NCBI RefSeq assembly: GCF_003966335.1 | Contig: NZ_CP034549.1 | Span: 180,001 to 212,000, forward strand | Source of the DNA: Nonlabens ponticola | Lineage (GTDB): Bacteria > Bacteroidota > Bacteroidia > Flavobacteriales > Flavobacteriaceae | DNA: 32,000 nucleotides | Direction of reading: 5' to 3' | Part shown: in pieces, positions 1 through 10,419 of the stretch | Position numbering within the stretch: the stretch's first letter is position 1 | Layout: each line of letters begins with the position of its first letter | The notes under the pieces: model-generated | Database searches by the model: none | The model's input: only the letters and a program-made list of their open reading frames with translations | What the model was told of the DNA's origin: nothing | Program-made: the position numbers and the translations under genes

Positions 1-2088
1 TTGTTCATCTATGATCAAACACGTGGTGCATTCCTGTATGATTCTAAGGAGCGTATAGAACTATCTAATTCCTTAGAACAAATGCTTGAAGAGGATGTTC
101 TTAATAAGGTAGAATTTATTGATGATGATAGAATCGCTTTTGGAACTATTAAGAATGGTGTAATAATATATTCTATAGCGAGTCAAAATATTGAGACTAT
201 TAATAGAAAGTCGGGATTACGGAATAATACTGTATTGGATCTTACAGCCCACAATGGAAATTTATGGCTGGCCTTAGATAATGGTGTAAGTCGCATCGCA
301 GTAGATAGCGCTATTTCTTTTTATACTGATGACACTGGCACATTAGGGACTGTATATGATATTGAATTACTTAATGGACAACTTTATCTAGCCAGCAATA
401 CTGGTGTTTATACTTTCATTGATAACCAATTGACCCTTTTGGAAAATTCTGAAGGTCATTGTTGGGGCATCCATAAATCCAATAGTGAGCTATTCTTTGG
501 CCATAATAAAGGAGCACTGATTCTGGCAAATGGAAAGCTTGAATTAATAGAAGGTTCCTACAGCGGCGTCTACGATTACGTTCCTATCCCGAATTCTCAA
601 GACTTTCTATTATCGACCTATTCTGGAATAGGGTATCTATCTATCGATAACGGCAGCTATGAAGTAACAAAACTCGACGGGCTGGACGTGCCTATTGACA
701 ACATCATTTTTGAGAACGAAAAGCTCCTATGGGCGACAGATAATTTCAAAAATCTATTTAAAATAGAGTTTAACACCAACAATAAGACGCTTGAAAGTGT
801 AGTCTTGATGGAAAGCAAGGAGTTAGCAAAGGAGAAAATGGTTGATATCGTCAAAATTGATGATCTACCTTACTTTGTGATAGGTGGATCATGGTTTACC
901 TACTCGCATGGAAAAAGCAGCTTTCAACCTGCTGAAAAATTTGAAGGTAAATTACTGATTGGTCAAGATGATAGCAGTCTTTGGTTTATGAATGAAGATC
1001 GTTCTAGCATCGTCAAGATAGACCGGCAGTCAGGTGAAGTAACAACACTTTCTAATCAAGAATTTTTCTCAAAACTCGTAGACGGTTACTCAAAAGTTTT
1101 CGCGATTGACGAAAACCGCAGCAGCATCAACCTTAAAGACGGATTTGCAATTATTCACAATGATAAAAGCGGTATCAATGATTATGAAAGCATAATCATC
1201 AAGGAAATAACCGCTAGCGATAAGATAATAGAGCGATCTGAGCCGAATGACCTCATATTGAGTTATGAAGAAGCTAGATCTATAAACTTTAAAATTTATT
1301 CTCCTGGTAATTATGATCATAATTTCACATACCAGCTTGAAGGAGAAATGAGTCAATCTGATAAAATTATGGATGGTAGTTTCATGCTGCGCAATCTCAA
1401 AAGCGGCAATTATATTTTATCTATTGTCGATAGTGGGAACGACCAAATAAGAAAAGAACTGAGCATTGAGGTAATGGCGCCCTGGTATCTAAGTTGGTGG
1501 ATGAAGCTGGGTTATTTACTGTTACTTATAGCATTATTGTTCCTTGCAGGTAGATATCAAAAGATCAAAGCCAATAAAGCTCATAACAAGGCTCAAAAAG
1601 AATTACTACAACAAGCCAAGCAAAAGCTTGAAGCTGTGGAAAAAGAGAACCTAATTAAAGAAGTGGAGTCTCGACAAAAGGAATTGATTAACCGCACCGC
1701 GACGATTGTAAGAAAGAATGAGGCGATCATAACTCTAAGAAATGAACTTAGAAAACTTCAGGAAAGCTCGCCTAATAAGATCAGGACAGACAATATTTTA
1801 AAAAGAACTGGTGAACAGCTGGACAGTAAAAATGACTGGCATTTATTTGAGTCAAAATTCAATTCATTGAATGAGGACTTCTTTAATAATCTATCCAGAA
1901 AGTTTCCAAAATTGACCAGTAAAGATCAAAAGCTATGTGCCTATATCAAAATAGGTCTTACTTCTAAAGAAATTGCTCCGTTGTTGGGAATCACTAAAAG
2001 AAGTGTTGAACTACAACGTTATCGATTACGAAAAAAGCTAAATCTAGATACAGATATTACTTTTCCAGAATTTTTGTCCCAGTTATAA
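1..2088 (+). CDS. Transmembrane one-component sensor/regulator: periplasmic beta-propeller plus Y_Y_Y (triple-tyrosine) domain, one TM helix, coiled coil, C-terminal LuxR-type HTH; 5'-truncated by window edge
   Basis: ORF runs to nt 1 with no credible start. Y_Y_Y-like segment (NFKIYSPGNYDHNFTYQLEG...GNYILSIV). Hydrophobic helix WWMKLGYLLLLIALLFLAG, then a long K/E/Q-rich coiled coil. LuxR/GerE HTH (LTSKEIAPLLGITKRSVELQRYRLRKKL). Lies upstream of and co-directional with susC/susD. Confidence 0.8.
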   Translation: MFIYDQTRGAFLYDSKERIELSNSLEQMLEEDVLNKVEFIDDDRIAFGTIKNGVIIYSIASQNIETINRKSGLRNNTVLDLTAHNGNLWLALDNGVSRIAVDSAISFYTDDTGTLGTVYDIELLNGQLYLASNTGVYTFIDNQLTLLENSEGHCWGIHKSNSELFFGHNKGALILANGKLELIEGSYSGVYDYVPIPNSQDFLLSTYSGIGYLSIDNGSYEVTKLDGLDVPIDNIIFENEKLLWATDNFKNLFKIEFNTNNKTLESVVLMESKELAKEKMVDIVKIDDLPYFVIGGSWFTYSHGKSSFQPAEKFEGKLLIGQDDSSLWFMNEDRSSIVKIDRQSGEVTTLSNQEFFSKLVDGYSKVFAIDENRSSINLKDGFAIIHNDKSGINDYESIIIKEITASDKIIERSEPNDLILSYEEARSINFKIYSPGNYDHNFTYQLEGEMSQSDKIMDGSFMLRNLKSGNYILSIVDSGNDQIRKELSIEVMAPWYLSWWMKLGYLLLLIALLFLAGRYQKIKANKAHNKAQKELLQQAKQKLEAVEKENLIKEVESRQKELINRTATIVRKNEAIITLRNELRKLQESSPNKIRTDNILKRTGEQLDSKNDWHLFESKFNSLNEDFFNNLSRKFPKLTSKDQKLCAYIKIGLTSKEIAPLLGITKRSVELQRYRLRKKLNLDTDITFPEFLSQL

Positions 2089-2249
2089 TACATAATTCGC
2101 AATCAAAACCTATAAAACTACCACATCATCCATACATCAAAATGTTAAAACAGATTTTTACGAAAATTATAGTGGATTGATATACAATGTTTTGTGTAAT
2201 GTATTTTAGTCAGCGAGAATTTCATCTACTACATCTTTAACGATTCTTT

Positions 2250-2257
2250 TAAATTTG
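2250..2257 (+). promoter_or_regulatory. Candidate Bacteroidota -7 promoter box (TAnnTTTG) for the susC operon
   Basis: TAAATTTG matches the TAnnTTTG -7 consensus of Bacteroidota sigma-A promoters and lies about 50 nt upstream of the susC ATG. Single motif match only. Confidence 0.3.
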
Positions 2258-2306
2258 AGTGAGCAGGTCTAACGCCTTAATACTTAAACTTTTATAAGAG
2301 TTTCGC

Positions 2307-5300
2307 ATGAGATTTCAGGTCAAATTAACTACCTCAATCCTTTTCTTTTTATTAACTCAGTTTGTTTTTGCACAAAAAACAATCACTGGAGTAGTAGTTG
2401 ATGAAAGTGATGTTCCAATTTTAGGTGCATCCATTTTCATTAAATCTAAAAATCTAGGGACGCAAACAGGCTTTGATGGCGATTTTTCTATAGAAGCTGA
2501 AATAGGTGATTTAGTTTCGGTCAGTTATATAGGGTTTGAAACTCAAGAATTTACAGTAGATAGTCGAGATGAATATCGGATAATTCTTCCAACTAGTATA
2601 AACTCTCTCGAAGAAATTGTAATTGTTGGATATGGTAAACAGAAGAAAGCTATTCTTACCAGCTCTGTCTCGATAGTAGATGGCGATGAAGTTGCAAAAG
2701 AACCGGTTCTTAATGTGACTCAAGCGCTTCAAGGAAAAGCTGCTGGTGTCAACATCATTGCATCTGATGCTCCAGGACAGGCCTCATCAGTAATTATACG
2801 TGGATTGGGAACTGTTCAAGGTGGTAGAGATCCACTTTATGTTGTTGATGGAGTATTGACGGATAACATCAATAATATCAATTCGGCGGACATAGAATCG
2901 ATCAACGTTTTGAAAGATGCCGCTTCACTCGCCATTTATGGTAATAGAGGTGCCAATGGTGTAATCATAGTTACCACCAAACAAGGAAGGAAAGGTGACA
3001 TGAAAGTAAGCTTTGATGCATACTCAGGCTTTAGAGATATTCTTACTAGGGTTGAGCTAGCCAACGCATCAGAATATGTCATTTATAGTAATGAGGCATT
3101 AAGACGCGATTATCTTACTGATAATGACCCTACAAATGATAATAGCACCGTCGGTTTTATTCCTACCGACCAGCAATTTGATACCGACTGGCTAGACGCC
3201 ATAACGCAAATTGGACTGGTCAACAATTTTAATCTTTCCGCTTCTGGTGGATCAGATATGATCACAGCTTTCTTCAGCGCTAGTTTTAACGATGAACGAG
3301 GTGTTTTGCTTAATGATGAGTTCAATCGATTAACCTTAAGAAGTAATGTAGATTATAAAATCTCTGAAAAACTGAGGTTTTCACATAATGTGAGCTCTCA
3401 ATTAGCAACCGGCACACCGCAAAATTATGCTTTGTTTACTTCGGCATATAAGCAAGCACCTATAATTCCGGTGCGTGATGAGAATGGCAATTACGGTTCT
3501 TCCATCAATATCAATAGCGTGGCAAATCCAGCGGTAGATGCGAGTAATGAATTTAAAGAGGACAAGAATAAGTTTTTCAAGATTCAAGGCGCCTTCAAGA
3601 TTGATTATGATGTTCTCGATGATTTGACTTTTACATCTAGATTTTCCATTGAGACAGAGTATGGTAGGTTTTATTCATTTAGGGACAGATTAGGTAACTT
3701 CCTTGCACAAAATCCATTCAATACACCAAGTAGTTTTGAAGGTGATGCTGAAAATCCAGCAAACACGAGACTGACAGTCACACACACAAATACTTATAGA
3801 TGGTTTCTTGATAATTACTTTACCTATGACAAAACATTCAATGATGTTCATGGTATCAATGCCACGCTAGGTATTACGTCAGAAGAAAGTGGCAGTGAAT
3901 TCTTATCTGCAACTAGAAATAATGTTCCCTTAGACACTAACTTAAATTTCAATCTAAATACAGGAGATGAAGACGAGACGCAACTTAATTCGGGTGCGCT
4001 TAGTGTTAGGGATCGATTGTATTCGTACATCGCTCGACTCAACTATGACTATGACAACAAGTATCTTTTTGGAGGTTCTTTCAGGAGAGATGGATCAAGC
4101 AAATTTCAAAAAGGCCAACAATTTGGAAATTTCTTTGCAGTCAGCGCAGGTTGGGTGATTACAGAAGAGAGTTTCATGGACGATAGTGTATTCGACGTAT
4201 TAAAGTTGAGAGCTAGTTATGGTGAATTGGGAAATCAAAATGTTCCGCTCAACGTTTTAAACGCAACGACTGGAGCAGGTGGTTTTTACGCCTTTGGACA
4301 GAACCAACTGCTACAGCAAGGAATTACCATTACAGGTACAATACAGGAAGATCTCACATGGGAGACTACTGAAGAGTACAATTTCGGAGTAGAATTTACA
4401 CTGCTAGATTACCGTCTTTCAGGTGAGCTTGATGTATATCAAAGACTCAACACTAATGCCATTTTACAAATAGAGCTGCCCGACATCATCGGGTTCGATC
4501 CTTTTAATGCTAGCGTAGGGCAAATTCAAAATCGCGGAATTGAGCTTGCGGTAAATTGGAACGATGACATCACAGATGATTTTAAATACTCAATAGGAAT
4601 CAATGCTTCCTACAATGAGAACGAAATTACCGAAGTAACAAATCCTTTTTTCTTGGAGCAATTAGGTGGTTTCATCAACAATGGACAGTACACAAAAAGG
4701 ATTGCGGTAGGCCAGCCGTTGGGTAGTTTCTATTTATATGATGTAGCAGGTATTGATGACAATGGCGACTTGGTTTACAAAGACTTAAACGAGGATGGTG
4801 TTATTGACGAGAGTGACAGAGCGTTTTTCGGGTCTTACCTACCAAAGTTTTTCGGCGGAGTGAATCTTGGTACTCAATACAAACAGTTTGATCTAACAGT
4901 TGACACTTATTTTAATGTAGGTAATAAGGTTTACAATGGTAAAAAGGCCCAACGCTTCGGTAATGAAAATATTGAAGCTGTAGATTTTAATAGTCGATAC
5001 ACTACTGGTCGACCTAGTAACACAACACCTAGGGCATTTAATAATGTTCCTCTCTCATCTACCTATTATTTGGAGGATGGTGATTTTCTACGAATTAACA
5101 ATATAACATTAGGCTATACTTTGCCATTAAAAGAAAACTCAATTTTTGATTCTTTCAGGGTTTATGCTACAGCAAAAAACCCATTTATCTTTCAAAAATT
5201 CTCAGGATTCACTCCTGAGCTTCCTGGAGCACCGCTAGGTAACGCCGGAATTGAGCTAGACGCATTTCCAACTCTTAGATCATTCTATATAGGCTTAAAT

Positions 5301-5312
5301 ACATCTTTTTAA
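2307..5312 (+). CDS. susC: SusC/RagA-family TonB-dependent outer-membrane transporter
   Basis: 1001 aa. Signal peptide, N-terminal carboxypeptidase-regulatory-like domain (ITGVVVDESDVPILGASIF...GDFSI), plug region (IVIVGYGKQKK...NVLKDAASLAIYGNRGANGVIIVTTKQG), long beta-barrel ending in a terminal Phe (LNTSF). Followed 12 bp later by susD. Confidence 0.93.
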   Translation: MRFQVKLTTSILFFLLTQFVFAQKTITGVVVDESDVPILGASIFIKSKNLGTQTGFDGDFSIEAEIGDLVSVSYIGFETQEFTVDSRDEYRIILPTSINSLEEIVIVGYGKQKKAILTSSVSIVDGDEVAKEPVLNVTQALQGKAAGVNIIASDAPGQASSVIIRGLGTVQGGRDPLYVVDGVLTDNINNINSADIESINVLKDAASLAIYGNRGANGVIIVTTKQGRKGDMKVSFDAYSGFRDILTRVELANASEYVIYSNEALRRDYLTDNDPTNDNSTVGFIPTDQQFDTDWLDAITQIGLVNNFNLSASGGSDMITAFFSASFNDERGVLLNDEFNRLTLRSNVDYKISEKLRFSHNVSSQLATGTPQNYALFTSAYKQAPIIPVRDENGNYGSSININSVANPAVDASNEFKEDKNKFFKIQGAFKIDYDVLDDLTFTSRFSIETEYGRFYSFRDRLGNFLAQNPFNTPSSFEGDAENPANTRLTVTHTNTYRWFLDNYFTYDKTFNDVHGINATLGITSEESGSEFLSATRNNVPLDTNLNFNLNTGDEDETQLNSGALSVRDRLYSYIARLNYDYDNKYLFGGSFRRDGSSKFQKGQQFGNFFAVSAGWVITEESFMDDSVFDVLKLRASYGELGNQNVPLNVLNATTGAGGFYAFGQNQLLQQGITITGTIQEDLTWETTEEYNFGVEFTLLDYRLSGELDVYQRLNTNAILQIELPDIIGFDPFNASVGQIQNRGIELAVNWNDDITDDFKYSIGINASYNENEITEVTNPFFLEQLGGFINNGQYTKRIAVGQPLGSFYLYDVAGIDDNGDLVYKDLNEDGVIDESDRAFFGSYLPKFFGGVNLGTQYKQFDLTVDTYFNVGNKVYNGKKAQRFGNENIEAVDFNSRYTTGRPSNTTPRAFNNVPLSSTYYLEDGDFLRINNITLGYTLPLKENSIFDSFRVYATAKNPFIFQKFSGFTPELPGAPLGNAGIELDAFPTLRSFYIGLNTSF

Positions 5313-5324
5313 AATAGTCATGCT

Positions 5325-6764
5325 ATGAAAACAACGTTTAAAAAATTAAAAAGGGTCTTTTTATCATTATTAATATGCACCTTCTTACTTCTTTCCTGTT
5401 CTGAAGATTTTATTGACGTCGACTCAAATCAGGAAACCGAAGAAGCTCTAACCGCTGAAAGAGCTCCAGAACTGGTCAATGCAGTTTACAACAGCTTTCT
5501 TCGATGGGAAGTGAGCTCATTTGCATGGACTGGTATATCAAGTATTGCATCGGATGATGCTGATAAAGGCAGCATACCAAGTGATACTGGTGCAGATAAA
5601 AGTTTATTGGATGCGCTTGAAATAACACCTACAATTATATCAGTCGCTGAGGTATGGAGTGGTCACTATGATGGTATTCAAAGAGCAAATCAAGCTATCT
5701 CTAGAATCTCGCAATTTGAAATGGATGAAGATCTACAAAACAGGTTGTTAGGTGAGGCTAGATTCCTAAGAGCGCTCCTGTATTTCCGATTGGTTCAGGT
5801 TTATGGTGGCGTTCCTTTAATTACTGATATCACATCGGTTGAGGATATCAATTCAGATGTATTATCAAGAAAAACCAAAGAAGAATGCTATGAGTTCATA
5901 GAAAGTGATTTGATGTTTGCAATTGATGCGCTTCCTTTAAAAAGTGAATATCCTCCATCAGAGCTCGGTAGGGCGACCAAAGGTGCTGCCCAAACGCTGC
6001 TCGCGAAAGTAAGTATGTATCAATCCAAATGGGAAGAGGTAATTACACTGACAGATGACGTAATCAACTCTTCAGAATATGCTCTTACTCCAAACTATGA
6101 AGATATATGGAAAGATAGTTTTGAAAACAATGAAGAATCCATATTTGAAATTCAGGCTAGAGGTAATGAACCTGCTGCTGGAATCGATAAGTATAGCACT
6201 ATCCAGGGCGTTCGTGGTGAAAGTGGTTGGGGTTGGGGCTTCAATACACCATCGCAAGATCTTGCGGACGCCTATGAGGATGATGATCTTAGACAAGATG
6301 CAACATTCATACTAGCTGGAGAAACATTGTTTGACGGTAGAGAAATAAGTCCTAACGTACCTAACCCTAGGTACAATCAAAAAGCGTACTCCAGTATTCT
6401 AACTGAATCAGAACAGACTGGTAAAAACGTAAGGATACTCAGGTATGCAGAAGTACTTCTGATGAATGCTGAGGCAAAGTCTATAATAGGCGGTGATGTA
6501 GCAACACCTCTGAATCTAGTAAGACAGCGTGCTGGTTTAGATGACTCTGATGATCTAAGCACCGAGGCTGTATGGAAAGAGAGACGCCTAGAGCTAGCAT
6601 TTGAACATGATAGATATTTTGACCTAGTAAGACAAGGTCGCGCAGAAGAAGTTTTGAATTCAAAAGGAATTCGATTCATAGCTGGAAAACACGAGGTATT
6701 TCCTATACCGCAAGAGCAAATTGATCTAAGTGGTGGAGCGTTGGTTCAGAATCCTAATTACTAA
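5325..6764 (+). CDS. susD: SusD/RagB-family outer-membrane lipoprotein (glycan binding)
   Basis: 479 aa. Lipoprotein signal (LLLSCSEDF). SusD-like motifs (ARFLRALLYFRLVQVYGGVPL, RYAEVLLMNAEA, ERRLELAFEHDRYFDLVR, FPIPQ near the C-terminus). Immediately downstream of susC. Confidence 0.9.
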   Translation: MKTTFKKLKRVFLSLLICTFLLLSCSEDFIDVDSNQETEEALTAERAPELVNAVYNSFLRWEVSSFAWTGISSIASDDADKGSIPSDTGADKSLLDALEITPTIISVAEVWSGHYDGIQRANQAISRISQFEMDEDLQNRLLGEARFLRALLYFRLVQVYGGVPLITDITSVEDINSDVLSRKTKEECYEFIESDLMFAIDALPLKSEYPPSELGRATKGAAQTLLAKVSMYQSKWEEVITLTDDVINSSEYALTPNYEDIWKDSFENNEESIFEIQARGNEPAAGIDKYSTIQGVRGESGWGWGFNTPSQDLADAYEDDDLRQDATFILAGETLFDGREISPNVPNPRYNQKAYSSILTESEQTGKNVRILRYAEVLLMNAEAKSIIGGDVATPLNLVRQRAGLDDSDDLSTEAVWKERRLELAFEHDRYFDLVRQGRAEEVLNSKGIRFIAGKHEVFPIPQEQIDLSGGALVQNPNY

Positions 6765-6774
6765 GAAAGAGAAA

Positions 6775-8142
6775 ATGAGAGAGTACTCAAAAATTATAAA
6801 GACAATGAAATTCACAACGCTTGCAGTAGTCATTTTAGTTGTAACAAATTGTACCAATGAAGACTTTACTGCGCCGCCACCGGATGTTGGATTTGTAGAA
6901 GAACCTGCGGTAGAAAGAATATCGACTGAAGAATTACTGGATATTACCCAAGAAAGAACATTCAATTACTTCTGGGATTTTGCTGAAGAAAACAGTGGAC
7001 TTGCACGAGAAACATCAAGAGATGATGCAATAGGTGGCGATGGAAACCGAGTGGTCACCACTGGTGGTTCTGGATTTGGTATTGCAGCCTTTCCTGCAGC
7101 CGTAGAACGTGGATGGATCACTAGAGCTGAAGCCATTGAAAGGCTAGACAAAATACTCAACTTCTTAGAAAGCTGTGAAACTTATCATGGAGCATTCTCG
7201 CATTGGTATTTAGGCGATACGGGCGTCACGAGAGACTTCAGTGAATTGGACGACGGTGCAGACATCGTGGAGACAGCGTTTCTACTTCAAGGTTTGCTGA
7301 TTAATAAACAATACTTTGATTCGGATGATGATGCTGAAGCCGACATCAGAAGCAGAATTTCAACCATTTATGATAATGTAGAATGGAGTTGGTTTGAAAG
7401 AGGTCAAAATTCAATGACCTGGCACTGGTCACCTGAAAACGAATTTGCTATTGACTTACAAATTCAAGGTTGGAATGAATCGTTGATGGTTTATGTTCTA
7501 GCGGCTGGATCCAATACGTTCCCTATAACCAAAGAGACTTATGACAATGGCTGGTCTAGAAATGGACAAATGGTTAATGGAAATACTTATGTAGGAACTA
7601 GACTGCCTTTAGGTGTAGACTTTGGAGGTCCACTTTTCTATGCACATTATTCTTTCATAGGTCTGGATCCCAGAAATCTGTCGGATCAGTACGCTAATTA
7701 TATGGAGCAAAACACAGCTCACTCACTCATAAATTACGAATACTGCCGCAACAATCCCAATGAATATTTAGGATATGGTGGTGATAGTTGGGGCTTGACT
7801 GCCAGCAATGATTTTAACGGTTATGCAGTTCATGATCCATTGAACGACATAGGTGTCATAACGCCTACTGCTGCACTTTCTTCTTTCCCATACACACCTG
7901 AGGAATCACAAAAAGCGTTGGAATATTTCTATTACAATCTCAACGATAGACTTTGGGGAGAATACGGTTTTTACGATGCTTTTAGCGAAGAGTTCAATTG
8001 GTATGATGACAGTTACCTAGCAATTGATCAAGGTCCAATCGTAGGTATGATTGAGAATTACAGAACTCAACTATTGTGGAATTTATTCATGCAAGACGAG
8101 CAAGTACAGAATGGACTTGATCTTTTAGGATTCACTTATTAA
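6775..8142 (+). CDS. Glucoamylase-like (alpha/alpha)6 family lipoprotein (PF10091 / GH144-like, candidate endo-beta-glucanase)
   Basis: ORF opens at GTG 6730 inside susD. ATG 6775 (or ATG 6805, MKFTTLAVVILVVTNC lipobox) is the more plausible start. Motifs recalled from the 'putative glucoamylase'/GH144 family: TFNYFWDFAEENSGLARE, GGSGFGIAAFPAAVERGWITRAEA, HGAFSHWY. Family assignment is from memory and not searched. Confidence 0.65.
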   Translation: MREYSKIIKTMKFTTLAVVILVVTNCTNEDFTAPPPDVGFVEEPAVERISTEELLDITQERTFNYFWDFAEENSGLARETSRDDAIGGDGNRVVTTGGSGFGIAAFPAAVERGWITRAEAIERLDKILNFLESCETYHGAFSHWYLGDTGVTRDFSELDDGADIVETAFLLQGLLINKQYFDSDDDAEADIRSRISTIYDNVEWSWFERGQNSMTWHWSPENEFAIDLQIQGWNESLMVYVLAAGSNTFPITKETYDNGWSRNGQMVNGNTYVGTRLPLGVDFGGPLFYAHYSFIGLDPRNLSDQYANYMEQNTAHSLINYEYCRNNPNEYLGYGGDSWGLTASNDFNGYAVHDPLNDIGVITPTAALSSFPYTPEESQKALEYFYYNLNDRLWGEYGFYDAFSEEFNWYDDSYLAIDQGPIVGMIENYRTQLLWNLFMQDEQVQNGLDLLGFTY

Positions 8143-8148
8143 GAAACG

Positions 8149-10413
8149 ATGAAGAAAACGATTTATATAACAGTTCTTTTAGCTGGGATTTTGCTGGCAA
8201 GCAGTTTCACACGCCAACAAGATGCAAGTCCCATTGATCCACCTACGGATGCTGAAATAGAGGCCAAAATCGATTCGCTTCTTGCTATCATGACGCTTGA
8301 TGAGAAGATAGGTCAGACGGTGCTTTATTCAAGTATCGAAGATCAAACGGGTCCAATAATGGATCCCAACTATGTGGATTATTTAAAAGCAGGCGAAATA
8401 GGCGCTATTTTCAACGCAACGGGATCTGCGTTTACTAGAGAATTACAAAAAGTAGCGGTTGAGGAAACACGACTAGGCATACCATTGTTATTCGGTTATG
8501 ATGTAATACATGGATATAAAACCATCTTTCCAATTCCTATGGGTGAGGCTTCCAGCTGGGATCTAGACCTTATGGAAAAAACTGCTGCCGTCGCTGCTAA
8601 AGAAGCTGCTGCCGAAGGTCTGCACTGGACATTTGCTCCAATGGTTGACATTGCCAGAGATCCACGATGGGGACGAATCTCAGAAGGTGCTGGTGAAGAC
8701 ACTTATTTAGGAAGTGAAATTGCTCGAGTACGAGTAAAAGGATTTCAAGGGAATGATTTAGCAGACAGATATTCTATTCTTGCTTGCGCGAAACATTATG
8801 CCGCATACGGCGCTGCACAGGCTGGACGTGATTACCATACGGTAGATATGTCCATGAATACCTTATGGGAAACTTATTTACCGCCATTCAAAGCAGCTCT
8901 TGATCAAGATGTAGCCACATTCATGACAGCCTTTAATGAATTGAACGGTGTACCAGCGACAGGTAACGATTACTTGTTGAAAGACATCTTGAGAGACGAA
9001 TGGGGTTTCAATGGATTTGTGGTGACAGACTACACCTCTATCAATGAGATGGTACAACACGGCACCGCTGAGAATTTGGAACACGCTGGTGAGCTAGCCA
9101 TGAATGCTGGCGTTGATATGGATATGCAAGGTGGTGTGTTTAAAGATCACATGAAGAAATCTGTACAAGATGGAAAAATCACTATTTCTAGACTTGACCA
9201 GGCAGTGCGTGATATATTGAGACTTAAATTCAAGCTGGGTCTATTTGATGATCCCTATAAATATTCAAACGAGCAGGCTGAAAAAGAGATAATCCTACAC
9301 AAAGATCACTTAGAGCTTTCCAGAGATGCGGCCAGAAAATCAATGGTCTTGCTGAAAAATAAGAACAATGTTCTGCCACTGAAGAACTCACAAAAGATAG
9401 CACTCATGGGACCGCTAGCAGATGATCAATTTCACATCATAGGAAATTGGGCAGCAAAAGGTGATCGAGATGGTATCGCTGTCAGTGTAAAAGAAGGTTT
9501 TGAAGCTCAGAAGAAAAATTTCTCTTACACCATAGGTTGTCAAATAGAAGACACATCTAAACCAGACTTTACCGATGCTATAAAAATTGCTAAGGAAGCT
9601 GATGCAGTAGTGATGGTCATGGGAGAATCAGAAAGAATGAGTGGCGAGGCTGCCAGTAGAACCAACTTATTATTACCTGGATACCAACAGAAACTGATTG
9701 CAGAAATCAAGAAAACAGGGACGCCAATTGTATTGGTGCTTTACAACGGTAGACCATTGAATTTGACTTATGAAAATCAAGCGGCAGATGCTATTGTAGA
9801 AGCATGGTTCCCAGGTACCAGTGGCGGTCATGCAGTAGTTGATGTGTTATATGGTGATTACAATCCTTCTGGCAAACTTACGGTGACGTTCCCTAGAAAC
9901 GTAGGTCAGGTACCGATTCACTACAATATGAAAAAAACCGGAAGACCAGAAGATATGCCTGGCGCACACGATCGTTATGTTTCAAAATATATAGATGTGG
10001 CTAATTCACCGTTGTATCCATTCGGCTATGGTTTGAGCTACACATCGTTCAGCTATGGAAAACCAGTATTGTCTAGCGCCACCTTATCTGAAGATGAAGC
10101 CATTACTGTTTCAATCACTGTTACCAATACTGGATCACATGATGGCGAAGAAGTGGTACAGCTATACATAAAAGATCGATTTGCCAGTATCACAAGACCT
10201 GTCAAAGAATTAAAAGCCTTTGAAAAAATCTACCTCAAAAAAGGCGAAACAAAAACAGTAGAGTTCACTATAACATCTGAACAATTGAAATTCTACAACA
10301 ATAAATTAGAATTTATCAATGAGGCTGGTGATTACGATCTATTCCTTGCTGGAACCTCAGACCATGAATTCACCAATTCATTCAAACTCGATTATCAAAA
10401 ACCAAAATCCTAA
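8149..10413 (+). CDS. bglX: GH3 beta-glucosidase (BglX-like, periplasmic)
   Basis: 754 aa with a signal peptide and no lipobox. GH3 motifs: GIPLLFGYDVIHG, RDPRWGRISEGAGED, KHYAAYG, GFNGFVVTDY (nucleophile Asp region). C-terminal FnIII-like domain (VVQLYIKD...RPVKELKAFEKIYLKKGETKTVEF). Confidence 0.9.
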   Translation: MKKTIYITVLLAGILLASSFTRQQDASPIDPPTDAEIEAKIDSLLAIMTLDEKIGQTVLYSSIEDQTGPIMDPNYVDYLKAGEIGAIFNATGSAFTRELQKVAVEETRLGIPLLFGYDVIHGYKTIFPIPMGEASSWDLDLMEKTAAVAAKEAAAEGLHWTFAPMVDIARDPRWGRISEGAGEDTYLGSEIARVRVKGFQGNDLADRYSILACAKHYAAYGAAQAGRDYHTVDMSMNTLWETYLPPFKAALDQDVATFMTAFNELNGVPATGNDYLLKDILRDEWGFNGFVVTDYTSINEMVQHGTAENLEHAGELAMNAGVDMDMQGGVFKDHMKKSVQDGKITISRLDQAVRDILRLKFKLGLFDDPYKYSNEQAEKEIILHKDHLELSRDAARKSMVLLKNKNNVLPLKNSQKIALMGPLADDQFHIIGNWAAKGDRDGIAVSVKEGFEAQKKNFSYTIGCQIEDTSKPDFTDAIKIAKEADAVVMVMGESERMSGEAASRTNLLLPGYQQKLIAEIKKTGTPIVLVLYNGRPLNLTYENQAADAIVEAWFPGTSGGHAVVDVLYGDYNPSGKLTVTFPRNVGQVPIHYNMKKTGRPEDMPGAHDRYVSKYIDVANSPLYPFGYGLSYTSFSYGKPVLSSATLSEDEAITVSITVTNTGSHDGEEVVQLYIKDRFASITRPVKELKAFEKIYLKKGETKTVEFTITSEQLKFYNNKLEFINEAGDYDLFLAGTSDHEFTNSFKLDYQKPKS

Positions 10414-10419
10414 ATCATT